A stretch of 51,269 bases of DNA from Trypethelium eluteriae (lineage: Eukaryota): contig JAVECL010000109.1 of the NCBI GenBank assembly GCA_051942245.1, forward strand, positions 1 through 51,269, given 5' to 3'. Shown here in pieces: positions 1-13,042 of the stretch. The notes beneath the pieces are model-generated. The model was not told the origin of the DNA, did no database searches, and was given only the letters and a program-made list of their open reading frames with translations. The translations under genes and the position numbers were made by a program. Each line of letters starts with the position of its first letter. Within the stretch, counting starts at the first letter, position 1.

Positions 1-260
1 AGGGAAAAGAAGAATGGAAAGGAAAGGGAAAGATAGAAGAAAAAGAAAAGAAGAGGGTTCCGACGAGAGCTAGAGAGGTAAAATGCTTTAAGTGTTGGGG
101 GCATGGGCATTATGCAAGGGACTGTCCAAACCAAAGGGTGATGTTTGTGAGGGATGATGGAGGTATAGAGAGTGGAGAAGAAGTTGAAGAAGAGGGAGAG
201 GGATAAGGTGAAGAAAGCGAAGGCTAGGGCGGAGGTGGGGCTGGGGAAAAAAGGTGAGGA
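1..260 (+). repeat. Purine-rich low-complexity tract
   Basis: agggaaaagaagaatggaaaggaaaggg... strongly G/A-biased, no supported coding role. Confidence 0.55.
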
Positions 261-507
261 AGTAGAAGTAGAGAGCGATACTTCGAAATAGGTTGGCGAA
301 GAAGCATGATGACTATCAGGAGCAGAAATGAGGGTGACGCTCTACAGAGGCGCATTCTAGATACGCCAACATATTCATACAGTGCCTCCAAGAGGGCCGT
401 TATGTATATCATAAACGTTCGTCCACTCATTCCCGAACGCCCAACCAGAGCCGAAACCTTCCTGTGACTCTAAAGCTCCAAGCCATGCCGAAAGCCTCCG
501 TCCAAGA

Positions 508-3254
508 TCAAGTAACGCCTCCACCATGTTCTTTCAATTCCGCTTTATCTAGCTTCTCTACCTTCCGACTGAGCAACGACCTCAGTTCCGGACTAATTAT
601 CTTTTGCTTCTCTAGACCGATTCCCTGCGCAACTGCATCACCAACGCTTTGACGCTTGGGCTGAGGCGCTGCATCTGCGCCCGATGATGCGCCGTTGGCG
701 TTCGACTCTGTTGGCGATGCCGGCGTAGGTTTGCGTTGACGGACAGAAGGTGCCGGAAAATTGCTACGCTTGTCAATCGCTTCAACCATGCGTTGGAAAC
801 GTCGGAAGAGCGACTCGGCACGGATGAGTGTGGACTGAAGGTCAATTGTATTGGAGAGCTCGTTCACTGGAACGTAGACGTCAGTAGTTGACGCATGCAG
901 ATGATATCCAAGTCGCCTGGTTGACTTACCGTACTTCAAGACTTCGTCGAAATGTTGAAGATGGTCCATGATGACGTTTCTGTGCTTTTCCAGGATTGCG
1001 AGAGCAATGAAGAGATGGAAGTTACTGCTGAGCCAGTCCGTCCATAAGCATTCCCATAAGCGTAGGACATCAAGCCATTCGAATTCTCGCTTGTACCAGA
1101 CGAGCAGCATCCGGAAGAAGAAAAAGAAGTTGGTTGATTCTGCCTTCTGCAAGTGTAAGTAGAGCTTAGGATCGACAAGTTGGACGAGGTGATCAAGAGT
1201 AAGTAGCTGTCTTCTCATGCCGGACTGGTCGCGCAGAAAATTCCGCTCCATCCGCTCCATGAAGCCAACGAAGGCCCAGAACGCAACTGCATCATCCTGC
1301 ATAACGGCGTATATAGGGGCTAGGAGATCGCTCATTCCTTGGACGTAGCCGAGGTCCTTGTTGTATTCATTGTATGTCAGCAGCATATCCTTCATTTGCT
1401 CCATATGAACATTCGTCCCACTCTCTGCGAAAGGAGAATCTGGATCTGGATGTGGTATGTCTTCACCAGCAAAGAGCGGTATGTGGCGATCTGTTCGGTG
1501 CACATCCTTTTCTACAGCGCGTATCCCAAGAAATGGGATGCAAGTTAGCCAATGAACTCTCAGTCCTTATGAAGGGAGGTAGACAAACCAATTCTCATCT
1601 TCTGCTCCTTCCACCATTCATTTTCTTCCAGGGTAACATGGCCTTCTGCTGTACGCTCCCACCAAGCACCTTTTAGCCGGATGTACTCATCTCGAAGACT
1701 GTTCATCTTCACTTGCCGCTCATCCCTCGACGTATTCCATTCGTAGACTCCGAGAAGGAATAGCCAGGCCTCTTTTCGCACTCCATCTTCCGGATCCAAT
1801 CCTCCATGGAATATGCGATCTTTGACTTCATCCGGAGTAATCTGTAGCCTGCCAGACATGTCAAACCACTTTTCCCACTCATCCATCATCACTGGCTTTC
1901 TCTTATCAGCCATCGACATGTTCCCGACCTCCATATCCAAGATCTCAAAGTCGCCGACTTCACTCTCTTCCATTTCGAGCACATCCTTCGCTGTCCATAT
2001 CCTTTGACTTCGCTCTCGCTCGCTTTGCTCTGCAATCCCCATCGCCCATCGGGCAAGATATAACCTCGCACTGTCGAACTCTTCTTGTATTGTCTGGACT
2101 TCCGGGTTCCTCATCAGCCGTCGCATCTGCGGAGGCATCTTGGGGTTCTCCGCCACCGCCTGCGCCGTCCGCCTGGTGAATGTCGTAACCTGACTCAACT
2201 TCTCCAGGAAGTTCCACCTCGCTTCCTTCAGCGCTTTCGTCACCGGATCCATTCCCCCATCTCTTCTGCTCGGAAAGGGTGCACCACCAGCTGAGCTCTT
2301 AGCCGCGCCCGCGGGCGCTTCGGGAACCGACTGGCCTGGTTCGGGACTCGCCGGCTTCCCGCCGAAACCGACCTTATCGGCATTGCTGGGCTCGATGAGA
2401 TATACAGTGTTGTCGGCGCCCGATCGCTCCACCGTCACATATCGCTTCAGCCAGCGGAGGACCTCGTCTCCGCCCCAAAACATGCCCCCGCCATCACTAG
2501 AGATGTCGAAGCTTTCTCTTGCGAGCTTCTTCCTTTGCAGTATGGTAGACTGGCACTCGCTGTCGTGAAAGAATAGCGCGGGAAAGCTATCTCCCGCCCT
2601 CGTATTTATGACGACGCTGCCAAACCACCATCCCAGACTGGGGGGTCGCACCAAAAGGGAAAAAACTTCGCTGATGGGGACAGCAAAGGCGTAAGTGCCT
2701 ACAGCACTGCTGTGGGAGGTAGTGGTAGGAGGTGGCGGGACAAGATATTTTTGCTTGGGTGGAGAGTCTGAGTCCGACAGATCGACCTTGACGTATGTAT
2801 CGTATGCATCGCCTAGAGATGATTCAGGGACCCAGGCCAACAGTAGCGAAGATGAGGCAATAGTTTTTGATGAGGACGAAGATGTGGGTCGATTCGCGCT
2901 GGTTTGCGCAGGAGATTTTTGTTGGATAAGAGCTATGAAGCCAGGAATATTATCTTTGGAAGATGGCGATGGGTGAACATAGACCTAGCGCTCTTGTCAA
3001 AACTATTCCTTATTTTTAAAGAGAAGATATGCAATGCCCCTGATTCCAACAATTTGGCAAAATAGAGGGTGTGCTTGTGTCTGCCACCTAGTCGGAATGC
3101 TACCTACCTTGCTCTTGGAAAACAGGAGCTTGACACCTCTACCTGACTTTGCGTGTTTTATGGTATTATAATCGTCTTCTTCGTCGTCACTCATGTCGTA
3201 AAAGGATGCCGTAGGAGAAGGAGGACTCGGAGGAGGCTCTTGCTTCGCCATCAT
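508..3254 (-). CDS. GYP7: TBC-domain Rab GTPase-activating protein (Gyp7/TBC1D15 family), 4 exons: 3254-3108, 2984-1589, 1511-930, 866-508
   Basis: N-terminal GRGVKLLFSKSKVYVHP; TBC motifs IEKDVHRTDR and GYVQGMSDLLAPIY; FFFFRMLLVWYKREF; GT-AG introns join the ORF pieces in frame. Confidence 0.93.
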
Positions 3255-3739
3255 GAACGAATGCAAGTCAAGGACAGGTGGATGAGATCTTGAGTCACTG
3301 GGGTACGGGCCCGAGGCACTTGCTGGAAGGATCACGAGGGCATCGTAGCAAGAGGTTATTGAATACTCTAGGGAGAGTATCAGTTACTCTTTCATAGAGG
3401 GATTAGTGGGATGTAGTTGAAATTTGGTCACCGGCGTGGGACGCATGATGACGGAAGCCTGCGTGTCGCGGGGCAGTGCGACGCCTTTGTTTGCGCGTGT
3501 GATGACACGTCCTTGGTACGAATTGGCTTCATATTCTAGCTTTATATCCATGTCCCTTGAAATGAACTGTTGTTCTGCGATCGGAGGTCTGAACCCTACT
3601 TTGCAGGCCATTGAGGTAATACGCCAAACTCCTGGCTTGATGAAGACGGAACGCTTTGAAACCTCCACGATATGAAGAACTGTATGTTCAAACCATAGCA
3701 TTTCTCTCTCTTCATCCCGTATGAATAGATTCCCAAGTC

Positions 3740-4549
3740 TCAGAACCGCCTTGGCCTTGGCCCTGTAGGCAAGCCTACCCTCTCCCTCCCTGGGAGTGCT
3801 CCCCCACCATCATCCGCATACGGATTCCTGCCCGAAGAGCCATAGCTGCCCTGATCCGCGTACGGGTTCGACGAAGCCTGCGACGTCGTGCTGGGCGTTG
3901 GGCTGTTGGACCTACTAGATCCCCATAACCTAGCCTTCAGCCTTTCTTGTGCCGTTCCACCACCCCCACCTCCTGCTCCTGCTCCACTGCCCGAGGGCGA
4001 AGAGTCTGCCGCTGCCCGTGTAGCTGCTACCTGCGCAAACTGGCTTTGATAACTCCCTGCTCTTTGACTCGGTAGTGGTCGTGATGTAGGCGCCTGATAT
4101 GAGTCGCCGCCGCCGCCTGCGCCATAAGAATCGACAATGCCACTGCGGCCGCTGCTTACAGAGCCAGCGCCTGGCGTTCGCGCTCCTCGTCGTAGCGAAG
4201 ACGGTTGCGATGGCGGCGCTGCCTGCTGCGGGGAGTCCCAGAGATCGCTGAGTCCGCCTCCTCGCCCGCTAGATGCGCCTGCCGCCTGACCTGACGGGGT
4301 CAGTCGTCCGTAGGAGGACCCGACGCTAGATGTGACGTATTGTTGAGGGGCAGGTTGTGGTGCTTTTGGATCGGGAGGTAGCCATGGTGGAAACGGCCTG
4401 CCCTTCTCTGTATAGTACGCGCGGAGTACGCGCGTGACATGGGAATCATCTTCGGTGTCTCCATCTGCATCGTCCGAAAGAAGCGCTCTTCTGAGGGTGG
4501 TGTATCTTGACGTTGTTTGCGTGAGGAGATTGCTTAGATACGCCGACAT
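3740..4549 (-). CDS. MSO1: Mso1-like Sec1-binding exocytosis protein
   Basis: DGDTEDDSHVTRVLRAYYTEKGRPFPPWL matches the Mso1 Sec1-binding motif; the rest is low-complexity S/G/P; ATG at 4549. Confidence 0.8.
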   Translation of the reverse strand: MSAYLSNLLTQTTSRYTTLRRALLSDDADGDTEDDSHVTRVLRAYYTEKGRPFPPWLPPDPKAPQPAPQQYVTSSVGSSYGRLTPSGQAAGASSGRGGGLSDLWDSPQQAAPPSQPSSLRRGARTPGAGSVSSGRSGIVDSYGAGGGGDSYQAPTSRPLPSQRAGSYQSQFAQVAATRAAADSSPSGSGAGAGGGGGGTAQERLKARLWGSSRSNSPTPSTTSQASSNPYADQGSYGSSGRNPYADDGGGALPGRERVGLPTGPRPRRF

Positions 4550-4924
4550 AGTGGGCACAACTTGGACGCAGCAGGATGCTAGAGTTCTCGAGCCCAGGAA
4601 TTCTTGTCTCTATCTCCGTGAGCGCATGCGTGGTCAGCCGACGGCGTACTTCAGATGCGGTAGTCTGAGAAATGAAACGTTTGGTGAAGTACTCTAGAGT
4701 ATGGTACTCAACTCACTGAATGTGGGGCAGGCCAGTTGTGGAGCGAAATCCTGCCTCGCTTCCAACGAGACGGCTAAGATTTTTAAGGAAATCTATGACC
4801 ATCTAAATCTACCATTTACGACATCATCACAATATGGCATGCTCCAAGTGAGATAGCTATTGATACAATATATATGATAGAATCTTGGGTGGAGCCCTTG
4901 TCTTTTCTGTGTCCGAATCGCACA

Positions 4925-6082
4925 TCAAGCAGGACCGGCTCCAAGCCGCCATCCAACTTTCATGAGGGTCTCACAACCTTGATCCGTCGAATTCTTGACT
5001 AAATCTCTATCCAAGGTGACCTCTCCGCGTGGATAGACAATAATGACTGTTGAGCCTCCATAGTAGAATGCTCCCAGGCATTGTCCCTTCCGCACCTGCG
5101 CTCCAACTTCGATGCCAGGATTGTACTTCACAGATCCAACCAGCATGGCACCCACCGCAATAATCGCCACAGGGCTGCCAGTGTTACTTCTCTGCACCGT
5201 CATGACGGACCTCCGATTCTCACAAAACACATCCAGTGTCCCTCGCTCATTGATCGCCTGCGGATTGACCGTGTAGTACGTCCCTGGGATCTCCGTAATA
5301 CTCAACACCTTCCCATCCACCGGCGAATGCCAACGATGGTAGTCCTGGGGCGCCAACCTCGCAATCACCATCGCTCCACCATCAAGCCTCCGCGCCAGCT
5401 CCGCATCCCCCAGCAGCTTCTCCAGTGTAAACCCAAACCCCTTAATCCAGTACTTCGTCGCCTGATCCACCGTCTCGAACGCAGTAAGCCGACAATCCGC
5501 CGGCGAGCTCACCACCTTGGGATCCGCCTCCCCCTCTACCGGGCGCGTCCCCTCCCTCAGCTCTCTCGCAAAGAACTCATTGAACGTGCGATACTGGGTC
5601 GGGTCGGGCTGCTTAAGCTCGTGCAGGCCGGGCTGCAGCTGGAACGACTCGATGAACACGGGGATGTGCTCCTTCGACTCCGGCTTGTCGTACTCGGCGC
5701 CCATCTTGCGGCTCTGCCGCTCCAGCAGCTCCTGCGTCCGCTTCCAGTGCAGCGCCTTCTCCTGCTGCGACCCGTAGTACAGCGCGTGCATCCCCACCCG
5801 CACGTAGATGCTCATTGCCTCGAAGGTCTTGCTGCTTGTCTGCCGGTCGATCACGTAGTTGCCCATGTGCATCTTGGCTTCCCATGCTTCGAGCGAGTTC
5901 TGTGGGAAAATGCGCTTCAGCCAGGCGTGCGAGTGGTCGTGGTGGGCGGGGGCGTGGACGGTAGACTTGGGGTCGGCTGCATGTTGGGTGGCCGCGTCAG
6001 TGATGCTTTCGAGTGCTTGTTCGGTGGCTTCGAAGCGGGCGTCCGAGGTCGATTGGGTGCGGGTGAGAGGGTTCTCCGCCAT
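4925..6082 (-). CDS. Phosphatidylserine decarboxylase proenzyme (Psd2-type catalytic domain, no C2 domains), intronless
   Basis: FNEFFAREL, SPADCRL, RLAPQDYHRWHSPVDG, VGAMLVGS and autocleavage motif GGST. Confidence 0.93.
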   Translation of the reverse strand: MAENPLTRTQSTSDARFEATEQALESITDAATQHAADPKSTVHAPAHHDHSHAWLKRIFPQNSLEAWEAKMHMGNYVIDRQTSSKTFEAMSIYVRVGMHALYYGSQQEKALHWKRTQELLERQSRKMGAEYDKPESKEHIPVFIESFQLQPGLHELKQPDPTQYRTFNEFFARELREGTRPVEGEADPKVVSSPADCRLTAFETVDQATKYWIKGFGFTLEKLLGDAELARRLDGGAMVIARLAPQDYHRWHSPVDGKVLSITEIPGTYYTVNPQAINERGTLDVFCENRRSVMTVQRSNTGSPVAIIAVGAMLVGSVKYNPGIEVGAQVRKGQCLGAFYYGGSTVIIVYPRGEVTLDRDLVKNSTDQGCETLMKVGWRLGAGPA

Positions 6083-6616
6083 TGTGGACGGGACGTGGTG
6101 GGATAGAAGGTGGTGGTAATGTTGTTTCGTTCGTTCTTCAGAATTAAAGGATGAATCTTAAACAGTGGTGTTTTCAATTTTTAGAGGTCTGAACAAGGAG
6201 ACTTCGCTAACAACTGAAATTGCCAGATTTGAGGAGATAGCAGACTGGGCTTTCAGAGGAAGAAAACGCGTCAGAAAGCATCTTTCAAAAGACCGGGAAA
6301 GGAGCAGGTAAGGAGCAATATGACACTCCTTCCTTGCCAATCATAGCAGCAGATTGGGCGGCTCTTCTCACCACCACCTCTCCAGCCATAGTACCTGACG
6401 ATCTAGACTCACTTCACGATTGACCCCGCATTAGTGCCCTTCTTGGAAAAGCTTGGGTTTACCGGTCCATTGGCGCCGGTGAAGCGCAACGGAAGCCAGC
6501 ATCCTTCAACGTCACCCACAGCCTCAAACAGATTTAGATTTTCGTAATATTGAAAGCTGCCTGAGAGATAGGATAGGCATCAAGCTTTTCTCAAAGCCCG
6601 AATCTCGGTTACTCGT

Positions 6617-9271
6617 TCATGCGAAGCCGAGGTACGCTGCTAAAACACCTCCCCAACTACCAGGATTATCGGCCCTCTCTGCCGCGGCCAATCCATCACT
6701 ACCACCGATCGTTACAATCTCCTCCACGCCCCGGACATTGAGATTGTAAAGGTAGACGTTGGCATCCTCAGGGAGCTTTTCCAAGTCCACCACACTATCT
6801 TGGCAGTTCCCATTATTGTTGCCGCAATCGGTAGTGTAGTTATTGAAGAAAACCCAGTATCCACTACCGTAGATGTTGATGGTGCTAGTCTGCTCTCCAA
6901 CAATCCTCAGTGCCCATTGCATCCTACACCGGGGTTCCGTTGTATTTTTGCCACAGCCTACAAAGTCAGGGTCGTGCCATGTAGCATTGGGTTTCCAGGG
7001 CGTAGGCGCAGAGGGGATAGGCTGGAAATAAGGTGTTTCGACCTGCTGCATGTTGACGAAGATGTTTTGTGCATTGTAGGTCTGGTATGCATATAGGATG
7101 TGGTGTTCCGACGCTGTTCCCACAAGCCAGGTTCCACGGGTAGATTCAATGAACATGCCTCGACCTGTGCCAATGACTTGGTTGTAAGACCCGTCAAGAT
7201 CGTGATCAGCTGACCAAAGCCAGGCATTTTCGATATACGTCTGGGAAGAGGGGCTATCGAGTATTAGCATCGACTGTGTAAGACCGTACTTTTCATTTGT
7301 TTGAAGCGTAAGGCTTACGTTAGATGGGCGAGCAAGAATGCCGCTTTGCATGGTGAACCAGTGGTCTGACATGCAGTCTCTGTCCGCGAGTCTGCGGCTC
7401 CTCCCACACGATAATGCGAGTTGTGGAAAGAGACGTCTCCTTTCTGAGAACCAGCCATATTGACTTCCACTAGAATGGCTCCAGGTAGAACGTCTGCAAC
7501 GGTGAAAAGCATGTCCGAAATCTCGGCCACGCCTACTTCCCCAGGTTTACCAACTTGGAACATGACATGAGGATCTCTCTCGTTTGCAAATGCTTTTCCA
7601 GAAGCAGATATTGTCGACCTAGTGATCCACTATGAGCGAGGGGTTATTAGGTGTTGGTAACAATTCGACCTACCAAACCTCACCAACGATCCGTGAACCG
7701 GGTGGTACATAGATAGTATCAGTGACCAGGTAAACACCATGTGGAAAGTAGGTTATTTTGCATCCTGCATTCGCTTTCAGTGCGGCGTTGATTGCTGCAG
7801 TATCGTCAGTCTGTCCATCCCCTAGCGACATGTTAGCCTCTGACCTCAATAACCCTATTCTTGTCATTACCTCGAGCGCCAACGTTCTTAACGGACACGA
7901 CTGAATCAGCTCCATATTCGATATATTGCGGCTGTGACTTTGCCAGATATAAGCCATCGCCATCTGTCAGAGCACCTCGCTCAGTGTATGGGAGTGACTG
8001 CCCCATAGATTGGACCAGGGTGCCATTGCTGTTGAAGTACAGATGGCCGATGACATAGGTTTGATCTTCTAGATCATTTCCCAAGACTCTTGAAGTACCG
8101 TTAACGTAGAGTAAAGGGCCAGAATTTGTGACATGGACATTCTCTAGGAGGAATGAGCTTGATCCATTCAGAACAACGGCACAATCGTCCGCTGTGCTGT
8201 CAATCAATGAGACTGAGCCAGCAGTGTCGGCTTGACCAACATCAATGGCAATGCCGCAATCTTCGAAATGCATTTTCTGAAATGTTCCCACAAAGAGGTG
8301 CTGTACAGCAATGCCCGTGGCTACACCTGTAAACGTGATATTTTTGAAGGCATACTGCTGATTGTTCAAGTGAATGCCAATCAGGCCGCCTGTGAAAGTC
8401 TATAATATCATAAGCAGGTTTGCATATAGTCACAATCATCAATCACCTACCAGATCTCCCAAGAACGTACCAGATCCTCCTCCGCCACTGCCCCCATCCA
8501 TTTGAATGCCAACATGCTGGCTATTAGGTGCGAGAACGAAATTGACATAGATCAGATTAGTAGCTTGGGATACAGCCCAGTTCAGCCCTGAGACTGTACT
8601 GTTTATGCTAACACTAGTCGTATCAATATTGAGGTTACGAAGGCCAATGTAGAAGTTGGTGGTGCTCCCTTGGCCTGGGTCAAAGCCAGCGATCACGCTC
8701 CCATTGCTCGGGGCAAATGCCGGACTGGCTTTTATAGTTGGGAAATTCACTGCGTCTCCAATGACTTGGGTGTCGATGTAAAGCTGAATTGGTGATGAGA
8801 CGACGTAGGTCCCTTGAGGAACGTAGATGAGAGCTGGTTGTCCGGTTGAGCCTGTTCCGCAGGTACCGCCTGAGCAGCGACCGCCAGCTAGTACGCAAGT
8901 TTCAGCAAATCATGGCCGACAAATTGCGGGAAATTTTTGAGAAACGATGTTCAAGTCTGACTTAAAGCCAATTCATAGGGACCCTACCATTGATTGCTGC
9001 AGTGAATGCAGCAGTATCATCCGAGGAACCGTCACCCTTGGCGCCGTAATCTTTAACATTGCGGAAGACCGTGTAGTTGGTGTTGTTGGTCAGAAAAGGA
9101 CTGGTGCCTTGATGAGGGATCTCGGAAAGCCAATACGATTTTTGTGGGGAGGGACTTTGGATGCTGCATCCGGACTCGGATACTGATAGCCGCTCATACT
9201 CAGGGAGCGGCTCCAAGCGAGACGGTGACCAAGGTTGAAGAGAATCATTCCTTTGCGCAAATAACCCTGAC
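6617..9271 (-). CDS. GH55 exo-beta-1,3-glucanase (two beta-helix domains), multi-exon; first exon unresolved
   Basis: YTVFRNVKDYGAKGDGSSDDTAA, LNWAVSQATNL, second repeat VKNVGARGDGQTDDTAAI, YIENAWLWSADHDLD, GTASEHH, QVETPYFQP; introns near 8889-8986, 8401-8450, 7822-7870, 7620-7673 and 7254-7318. Confidence 0.88.
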
Positions 9272-11332
9272 CTGAATTGGTGAAGTCCCAGTCAGTGCTA
9301 TTTGTTATTGATATTGATGTATTGGTGTTAAACAATCTCCTCGCTTGTGACCATCGGCAAACGCAAAACGCGACAAGTCAGGATAACGTTCCCGCAACTT
9401 CAATCTCTGCTAGCAAGCCATAGAAGGGTATTTTTAGCGCGATCAAGACTGTAATAGTCAGGACGCTTGAGGAGGACGTTGATCGTACTTGCCTTCAGAC
9501 AACATTTGAGAAATGTGGAGGAGAAGCCATAGACGAGACGAGATGAGGATATGATGCTATGGGACAGTGCTGAACTTACTGAGGGTCTGGAAACCAATTC
9601 GTAAATTGACGGTTCTGCAATGGATTGATCGCATTCAGAGGTGCTGGTTGCCTGTGTGCAAGCACGACGCAGGGCACAGCAGCTGATGCCACCAAAAAAG
9701 CAATTTTGAATCCCATCACCTTCTAAGGTATCCTGATCCGATCCAGAACGACGAGCTTCAGTCATTCACTTCGAAGCTACTTCTGCTTTTTAATGATGAA
9801 GCTTTGCCCCTGACATGGTCTAAATGAGGTGATAGGGTCACATTTCCCCCCTGCAAGTCACTTTCCCCACAGCCCAACTAAAAAATACTAATTACCTTAT
9901 CATGACAGTATGTAAACGTACAACTAGTGCTAGCGGCTCAGGTGCGTCCAGCCATAGAATCTGGGTGGCCTGCATGGCTCCTGCGAAAGAGGTTCTAGAG
10001 TAGTCACTGCGCCCGCATGGGAACGGCTCGAGGACCGAAGCTGGATCAATACGATGAATTGAGGCACTGATGTCTCCACCGAACTCTCTTGCTCCTTACG
10101 TGTTGAAGTTAGCGTTGTATCATATTTTGGTATGGAAAATTACGGATACACCCAGCCCAGCTTCGGCTCAAGGCTCGCCACGACTCAGTGAGTAAATATT
10201 GTAAATACGAAGTACGGACGTGATGGAGTACGGGGCCGTGAGAGTCAGGTCAATCGAAACGCGCTAATGACGGAATTTACCGAATCATCCGAATCTGACT
10301 GTTCTGTTTTGCTTCGTATATATGGTACGTGTCTTTCGGTGAACAACAACACGGCACTGTATTAGGAACAGCAGACAGCATAATAGCGTCTATACGACAC
10401 TTCATTCACATTTCGTTAGATCCCAGAGAACGTTTTAACACGAGTGAGCAAGCTCAGTTTCTGCGAATGGAAAACCACATATTCTTCGGCTGGAAAATCT
10501 GCAGCAAGTTGATGGGACAGACCCCGAGTCCATCGTGATTTCTTTTGGTTTGTAATAGAGGTCGCTCTCAACGTATGGCAAAAGGAGTGTCTCATATCAA
10601 CGGCGCAGGCTTAAGCGAGAGTGATCCTTTAAGGAAATACCCCGTAAGCAAGGCGGGCGTTTCAGGAAAGCCGATGGGCAATGTGCAGGAGCTCAGGACC
10701 TCACGAACGCCATCTTGCAGGTAGAATCAATAAGACTTGCTTTTCTGAACACCGAGCAAAACCAATACGCCTTCATGCAGTCAACACTTCTCAGCCTGCT
10801 CTGTGCAAGCCAAATGTATCGCGACTGAGGGGCCGAGCGACCATGCACAGTCCTGTACCCTTAAGTGAGCTCAAACCTGACACCAACACCTAAGCCTGTC
10901 AGTGCATCAACTGGGACGACTTCATGTAGAGAGCCCTAGCCTTGGCGATGGTTGGACCATGACACGGCATTTCAGCTTCCGCTACGCTCCTAGCTAGGTA
11001 GAGTAAAAATTAAATCTCTGGGTCAGTATGAGAAGAGCAGACTCATTGCTTGCTCGCTTGGTAAATCCCACAACATCGCATCACCCCGAATCTGGCACCG
11101 CAGGCCAAACTCTAGATTACTGCTGCGGTCTACCCGCGTATTTCTTCTGTCTTCGATCAAGATCGCCTGATACGCAAGAGAAAACTTTGATTTTCGCGGA
11201 GAAAAGGCTCTCGCTGTAAATAGCCGCTGAAGGCGGGACATTTAGAGGGAACTCTCGGTTGAGCAATCCTTCTCTTTGGCCTTCTCTCCATGGAAATTTT
11301 TTTAGATCGTAGCTATCATCGCTCAAGCTTCA

Positions 11333-12473
11333 ATGGCATCGAATAGCACGGGCGCTATTTCGTCCTCCCCAAGCTCAACGACACAGTTAGCAACGATCAC
11401 CTCTCCTGTCCCATTAACGACGACCTTCACGCCCGCGGCCCACTGCAGCGGCTTCACATTCTCTTCTCCAAGTCATTATATATGGTATAATGAACCGGTC
11501 GTTGCGACAAGCCTCACTGCCAGTGATTGCTACCCTAGTGAATTTTTGGACGGGTACTCGTCCATGGTTGAGTCTCTTTCGCAACGCTCAATCGCTCCGC
11601 TACTTGGGCCGATAGTCTGCCCCAAGGGCTGGACGACGATTCCAGACGTTCAGAGTTCCACTTATGTTGCTTGTTGTCCGTCGTAAGTGCGAGGAAGAGT
11701 CGACAATAAAACGCTTCTTGACTGATATGAAGATTCAAACTAGTGGCTTTGATGGTATCGCTCCTCCAGCATCTGTTGTGCACGAGAGACCCTCATATGG
11801 TGGCACCTGTTATAGTGACTTCACCTCCGGTCAAAGGCTCACAGTGACCGAGTATAACGGCCAGTCATTAGTAGAGGCAAAGACTTTGTCGCAAAGTAGC
11901 CCGGGTCAAGTATACGCTCACGTCATCGATGGTATGGTTCAGCAGGAGGTGCTTCCTACCAGCGTCCGTTTCTCCTCTCTATAAACTGTCAGTACAGGCT
12001 CGTTGACTCGATTCTAGACACCAGCCACAGTCGATGCTTCGTTAACAACGGCACCATCAAGCCCGGAATGGACAGGCGAGCCAACATGGGGTGCTGCAAG
12101 CACAGATACTCCACCCATTTCGTCCTCTGGCCTCCCAAACAACACTGTCAAAGGTATCGTGATCGGAAGTAGCATAGGCGGAGTATCCTTAATTGGTCTC
12201 GCAATTTTCTTCATGCTTAAGAAATGCAAGCCAAACGAGAACGCCAGGACGAGAAGAGGGTTTGAGATCGAAAAAGATGCTGTCAGTGCACAAATATATG
12301 AAAAGGATCCATTCGGCGATCGAGGCAGCTCCGTAAGTCAGATGAAGACGGAGCTTACTGGTCCGGAGGTCGTCCATGAAATCTGTTATGAGCTTGAAGG
12401 CTCACCGATCCAGACCACCCCAAAAAGCTTTTACGGTCCCCAAGATCCAGCTGGCCATTCTCTCAAGATATGA
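11333..12473 (+). CDS. Ser/Thr-rich, Cys-containing single-pass membrane protein of unknown function (exons 11333-11682, 11744-11963, 12018-12473)
   Basis: PLTTTFTPAAHC...CYP...PIVCPKGW...ACCPSGF ectodomain; hydrophobic GIVIGSSIGGVSLIGLAIFFML followed by KK; tail with EL-x-G repeats; introns keep the frame. Confidence 0.75.
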
Positions 12474-13042
12474 ATGATTCTAGATTCGTATATCCAGACG
12501 TGTATATGTATTGCTGCCCTTTGGCGTTCATTGGCGCCTCGTCTTGGTATGATGTACATTTATGAGGCCGGCGTGTCGAGGGCGGGTTTAATGTCATATA
12601 CCCTTCATGTCTTTTTTTCTTTTGGAGGTCGAAAGGAAATGGTTGTGGAATGTGCGGAATCTTCACTGATGTACTAGTAGTGAAGTGGAAAGCGTCCATG
12701 CCTGCTTTCCAGAATTGAACAGGGAGACGACGACCTCCATCCGACGCTCTATTGGCATAACAAAGCGATGCTCAATCCTGTTTCCCAGTCAAGACCGGCT
12801 TCGATGATTTGCACCTTCCTTGGATACTGGAGATTCTGTTGTCGGACACAACATTTGTTCCCCACTATTCTGTCCCTCCTGTCCTATCACATGCTGTATG
12901 GTGCTGCTCCAGTCAGTTATCTGGGAGAGAGTAACGGTTGCAGTGAGCATGAGTGACCGAGATGGGGTGCGTCAAGGTCGTGAAGTCCCAGGTATTCGGT
13001 ACGCCTATGGCCAGGAATACTTGTGACGATCAGACAGGTTGC

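Noticed and set aside
5081..6106. 341-aa ORF antisense to the PS decarboxylase
   Set aside because: Shadow ORF produced by high third-position GC of the real gene; no recognisable motifs
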